The notes below the pieces were generated by a model, which was given only the letters and a program-made list of their open reading frames with translations, had not been told where the DNA came from and did no database searches. 64,000 bases of DNA from Eledone cirrhosa (taxonomy: Eukaryota). Numbering within the stretch: position 1 is the first letter of the stretch; each line of letters begins with the position of its first letter. The translations under genes were made by a program, and so were the position numbers. The stretch spans positions 40,796,001-40,860,000 of the forward strand of contig OZ024751.1 in the NCBI GenBank assembly GCA_964016885.1, given 5' to 3'. Below are positions 58,575 to 64,000 of this stretch, piece by piece.

Positions 58575-58612
58575 GGTTTTATAAAGATAGGTTCCATTTA
58601 TTAATATTATTG

Positions 58613-58665
<53 letters not shown>

Positions 58666-59302
58666 GGGCTGCCTAAATGACAAAGGCTGGAGGCGGAGAA
58701 CGAGTCCCAGCAGCAGCACTTGGCGTCCCAGATTTGAACACCAAATAACAATTTACTGCATAACGTGTTTGAATTGTATTTTTTTTTACATCTCTGGTAG
58801 ATCCTTTGTATAGAAAAGAAAATACTAAGATATCATCCCTTGTTACAATAACTTTTACTTTCGACCGATAAACATCAATAGTTGCAATGCATTCTAAATA
58901 TGCGACGCAGAATAATAAAAAAACAATCGATATGTCTATATAATGTGTGAAAATCAGGAAAATAATCCGTCTATCTAAAAAGATAAACGAAGGATTTAAA
59001 ATCCGAAATCAAACACGAAAACTCAGTAATTCTACAGTTTCTTTTATTATTTTCTTTTATTAATCCTCAGATCTTGCTTCTCACAAAGGATTTACTGATT
59101 TAGAAAAATAGATAAAGATAGTCAGAGGTATTTGGATAAATATATGGCTGACTGATATATTTGGACAGATATTGGAATAGATAGATACTGAGGGATAGAT
59201 GTATCATATATATATATATGACTGACAGATATATGATAGATATTGACAGAAGGATATTGATAGATAGATATATCATATATATATATATGACTGATAGATA
59301 TT

Positions 59303-59489
59303 TGTTTCTACTTTAGGCACAAGGCCAGCAATTACCCAGTGCATTACTGGTACTTTATTTTATCGACCCCGTAAGGATGAAAGGCAAAGTCAACCTCGGC
59401 GGGATTTGAAATCAGATCGTAAAGGGACGTAACTATGCTGGAAAGCATGGCGTCCGACCCTCTACCGATACTGCTAATCCACCGCCCTA
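59303..59489 (-). mobile_element. SINE A in a GATA satellite, 18-bp TSD
   Basis: TSD ATATGACTGATAGATATT at 59285 and 59490. Confidence 0.93.
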
Positions 59490-59548
59490 ATATGACTGAT
59501 AGATATTGATAGATAGATATATCATATATATATATGACTGATAGATAT

Positions 59549-59729
59549 TTGTTTCTACTTTTGGCACAAGGCCAGCAATTATTTCAGTGTATTACTGGTA
59601 CTTTATTTTATCGACCCCGTAAGGATGAAAGGCAAAGTTAACCTCGGCGGGATTTGAACTCAGTCCGTAAAGGGACGTAACTGTGCTGCAAAGCATGGCG
59701 TCCGACCCTCTACCGATACTGCCAATCCC
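59549..59729 (-). mobile_element. Second SINE A in the same GATA satellite
   Basis: Flanked by CTGATAGATA. Confidence 0.92.
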
Positions 59730-59926
59730 CTGATAGATAGATATATCATATATATATATGACTGATAGATATTGATAGATAGATAGATATAGACAGATGG
59801 ATATTGATAGATAGATAGATATTGACAGATGGATATTGATAGATAGATATATCATATATATATATGACTGACTGACAGATATATGATAGATATAGACAGA
59901 TATAAGTAAATATAACAAAGTGTGTC

Positions 59927-60200
59927 TCTACCCACAGGGGCTCATCAGACCGGTGTTTATCCCGGTTTCCGTGTCGTGAAGTGACTGGGAGTATAATACC
60001 CCACCCCCGGATATGACGCTAGTCCATCGCAGGATTAAACTCCCAACTATTGCTGGTACTAATTTCCAGTTGAGTATACAGGAGCAACGTAAAATAAAGT
60101 GTTTTGATCAATTCAAGAACACAATATAGGAATACAACCCAGTCTAGGAATCGCACCCATGATATTATGATCGTAAGTCTAAGACACTTACCATGAGGCT
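59927..60200 (-). mobile_element. V-SINE-like element with a family-B type head
   Basis: Reverse complement contains GCGATGGACTAGCGTC...TACTCCCAGTCACTTCACG...GGAAACCGGGATAA. The family name is from memory. Confidence 0.65.
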
Positions 60201-60325
60201 AGGCCTTAACTGAGATAGATACATGACAGAAAGATATATTGCAGATAGACATATGAGAGAGATATTTATCACAAAGAGATAGACATACATAGAGAGATGT
60301 ATGATAAACATTAATACCAGTATAA

Positions 60326-60513
60326 GGGCGGTGGAGTGGCAGTATCGGTAGAGGGTCGGACGCCATGCTTTGACGCATAGAGTTACAGCCCTTTCCATTC
60401 TGAGTTCAAATCCCGCCGAAATTAACTTTGCCTTTCATCCTTACGGGGACGATAAAATAAAGTACCAGTAATGTACTGATTAATTGCTGGCCTTGTGCCA
60501 AAAGTAGAAACAC
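60326..60513 (+). mobile_element. SINE A, full length, 15-bp TSD
   Basis: TSD TTAATACCAGTATAA at 60311 and 60514. Confidence 0.95.
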
Positions 60514-60884
60514 TTAATACCAGTATAATATTCGGAATAATGCATTTAAATTTTATATAAAAAAAAAATTGTTCGAAATGTTAGACGAATTAATTACTTT
60601 GCGGTTTATATTCTAGCTGTTTGCGTTCAAATCTCGCTGAGGTAAACTTTACTTTTCATTTTTGCTGCCTCAATACAATAAACTACCTGTTACCTTCTGC
60701 GGTGGGGTATGTCATTGACAGCTAATTATTTAATCAAATTATAAATGATGAAATTCTAAATTATGAAAGGCAGGTGTAATATAAGTAGGATTCGAACTCA
60801 AAACCTAATTGACATAATTAAATACCGAATTATTCTTCTCTGTTTATTCTGTCATCCATCACACTTCCAATTACTGTATTAAAG

Positions 60885-61110
60885 GTTTTTAATTTTGGCA
60901 CAAGGTCAGCAATTTGGGGGAGGGGGAGTGAAAGGGAAAGTCAATCATATCAACCCCCAGTACTGTATTGGTATTTTGTTTTATCGACTCCAGAAGGATG
61001 AAAGGCAAAATTGACTCTGGTGGGATTTGAACTCAGAACATAAACAGCTAGAATAAATACCGCAAGGCATTTTTCCAACGTTTTTATAATTCTGCCAAGC
61101 TACCGCCTCA
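60885..61110 (-). mobile_element. SINE A long variant
   Basis: Reverse-complement core plus GGATTTGAACTCAG. Confidence 0.82.
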
Positions 61111-61199
61111 CCAATTCCAATAATATTAGATAACGATTTTATTGATTATTGGTTATTGATTAGAAACTGTTATAGAATACTGGAGTCGATATGATCGAT

Positions 61200-61613
61200 T
61201 ACGAAGGTCGACAGAATAATTCATAGGCTGAAAAGTTCATAGGATGACCAAGATACTCTCATGGAATGACCAAATGGTGTTTATTTGTTAACATAGTCCT
61301 TGAAACGACACAATGCAATTAATAATTGTTTCTATTTTTGGCACAAGGCTAGCAATTACCTCAGTGCATTACTGGTACTTTATTTTATCGACCCCTTAAG
61401 GATGAAAGGCAAAGTTAACCTCGGTGGGATTTGAACTCAGATCGTAAAGGGGCGTAACTCTATGCTGCAAAGCATGGCGTCCGGCCCTCTACCGATTCTG
61501 CCTTGCAGTTATTAATAATAAGAGCTGAAATTAAATTAATGTATGCAAGATTTCACAGCTCTGGCATCACTTCTTCATAGTTAGTCTATGAACTTTTCAG
61601 CCAGTCCTCTTAA
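61200..61613 (+). mobile_element. Mariner-type MITE with nested SINE A (-, ~61325-61503)
   Basis: TACGAAGGTCG...; the MITE body resumes with TGCAGTTATTAATAA after the SINE. Confidence 0.85.
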
Positions 61614-62788
61614 ATCAATTCAAAGTGGTGCTACAGCATGGCCATAGTCTATTGCTGAAGAAACAACTAAATGAACAATAGGAGTTGTGTTAGAATGAGA
61701 TTTTATTGCTGTCAGTTATCCAACCCTTTCTAATACTTTAATTTCGTGAGGCTTATGGAATATCCTTAGTGATATAAACATTACTTACTTTTCTGCTGCA
61801 GTGTTGCCATTAACGTTTGAAAGCAAGGAATAATTGGTTCTTGGGGAATCTCTACATTCATTCACCTTATCTTATCAGTCAAACCAAAAACTATCTCTAT
61901 TGAATTATTTATCGATCGTATTCTGTTTATTGTGGCATCTCCCTACCGTAACTTTCATTTGCGAGGAATTTGGGAGAGAAAGAGGTATAATTTCTAATTT
62001 ACTTGTCAAGAGTATTGTTTAGCATTATCCAAAAATTATATTTCCAGCCCCCAAATTTATTTTTTTTCCTTCCCTTTAACGGATAATTTTGACATTTGAT
62101 AAGAAGCATTCTGGTTTCTGTTGCTCACATAAATGGAAATATTTCACTATATTCGATTTAGTTTATTGTTATTTAACTTTGTTAATGTTAATTTATCGAT
62201 CCTTTGGTAACAAAATAAAATAACACGAAACAAAACAGCAACAAAATAAAAGATAAAAGAAAAAAAAGAAAGAAAAATACATGAATCGATTGATTAGCTT
62301 TATTTAATAATTTCAACATTTGAACATAATTTTGGGATTGGGTGTCAAAGGTTAGTTAAATTATGGCACATCAATGGAAAAACGAAATGTCGGCATAAGA
62401 GAGCATTTCATGAAGAACAACACTTTTATATCCTCCACGGAACTATGACTACAGTGAGAAACAGGATACGTTATTTGTTTTAACAGAGAATAGAGAAACG
62501 ATATTGAACATAAAATATTGAGTTATATGTACAATCTATTGGATGTGTCGATATCAATGGTTTTTAATAGGACGTTTCTCATATGTAAACAAAACCAACA
62601 ATAACAGAAACAAGAATATAGAAGAGAATAAAAAGGAACTCTTCAATCAGTGGAATAATCCATGTTTATTTAGAGCAGGTTCCAGTGGAGCGATACGACA
62701 TCATATTTTGGTTCACAACAGAGTAAGAAAATTACATCCCTGTTGCAACATAGTTAACCAAATGTATTTGTATGCACATTATAAATAT

Positions 62789-63380
<592 letters not shown>

Positions 63381-63489
63381 ATAAACATATATTATATATG
63401 TATGTATATATATGTATATGTGTAAATTTGTATAAATATATTTGCTTGTGTGTATATATATGTGTATATATATGTATATATATATATAT

Positions 63490-63552
63490 ATAGGAAAATG
63501 TATGACCCCGACGGCAGAGCTCAAGCCGTTTCGACGGCTATTTCTGGACTTC
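63490..63552 (-). mobile_element. Solo short arm of the 'GACCCCGACGGC' family
   Basis: (TA)n-GGAAAATGTATGACCCCGACGGCAGAGCTCAAGCCGTTTCGACGGCTATTTCTGG. Confidence 0.75.
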
Positions 63553-63559
63553 ATTATAT

Positions 63560-63660
63560 ATCGCCGAGGTTAACTTTGCGTTTCATCCTTACGGGGTCGA
63601 TAAAATAAAGTACCTGTAATGCACTGTGATAATTGCTGGCCTTGTGCCAAAAGTAGAAAC

Positions 63661-63665
<5 letters not shown>
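63560..63665 (+). mobile_element. 5'-truncated SINE A
   Basis: CGCCGAGGTTAACTTTGCGTTTCATCCTTACGGGGTCG...GTAGAAACAATTA. Confidence 0.9.
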
Positions 63666-63733
<68 letters not shown>

Positions 63734-64000
63734 TATATATATATAAGTATATATATATAAGTATATATATATAAGTATATATATATAAGTATATATATAT
63801 AAGTATATATATATAAGTATATATATATAAGTATATATATATAAGTATATATATATAAGTATATATATAAACGTGAGCGCGTGTGTGCGTGTAAATTAAT
63901 CTAGGTAACAAAACTATTTATGAAAAAAAATAACTCCGAACATAAGTCTTCTTGAAATGTTTTCAAATTTAATGGCGAGAGAATTTCTTTGAGTTGGAAT

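Noticed and set aside
59930-59980. CTGATGAG with nearby GGAAAC on the minus strand as a hammerhead
   Set aside because: Stems do not close, and it lies in a SINE 3' tail.

Overview
AT-rich, microsatellite-saturated eukaryotic non-coding DNA with no supportable host protein-coding exon. The repeat content (tRNA-derived SINEs with a GCCTTTCATCCTTACGGGGTCGATAAAAT core, dense TA/CA/GA tracts) suggests an octopus or other coleoid cephalopod, which is my inference. Nearly all long ORFs are read-through of simple repeats. Recognisable elements are more than 20 copies of one SINE (several with clean TSDs), other SINE families, about 9 copies of a ~200-bp mariner-type MITE, four 5'-truncated RTE LINE ends, a CRE-type retrotransposon C-terminal fragment and several minisatellites. 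The main signal is a recurring insert architecture inside (TA)n tracts: (TA)n-[long arm plus 60-170 nt unpaired tail]-[shorter inverted copy ending at a TA-like microhomology]-(TA)n. It occurs in at least five unrelated sequence families. The two largest palindromes (49299-49698 and 57868-58192) each carry a complete type-I hammerhead ribozyme with palindromic stem III on both strands, the signature of Penelope-like-element (PLE) pseudo-LTRs. A third family, with five loci, carries the 3' half of a hammerhead and reuses the same inversion endpoint. All coordinates and pairings were read by eye.
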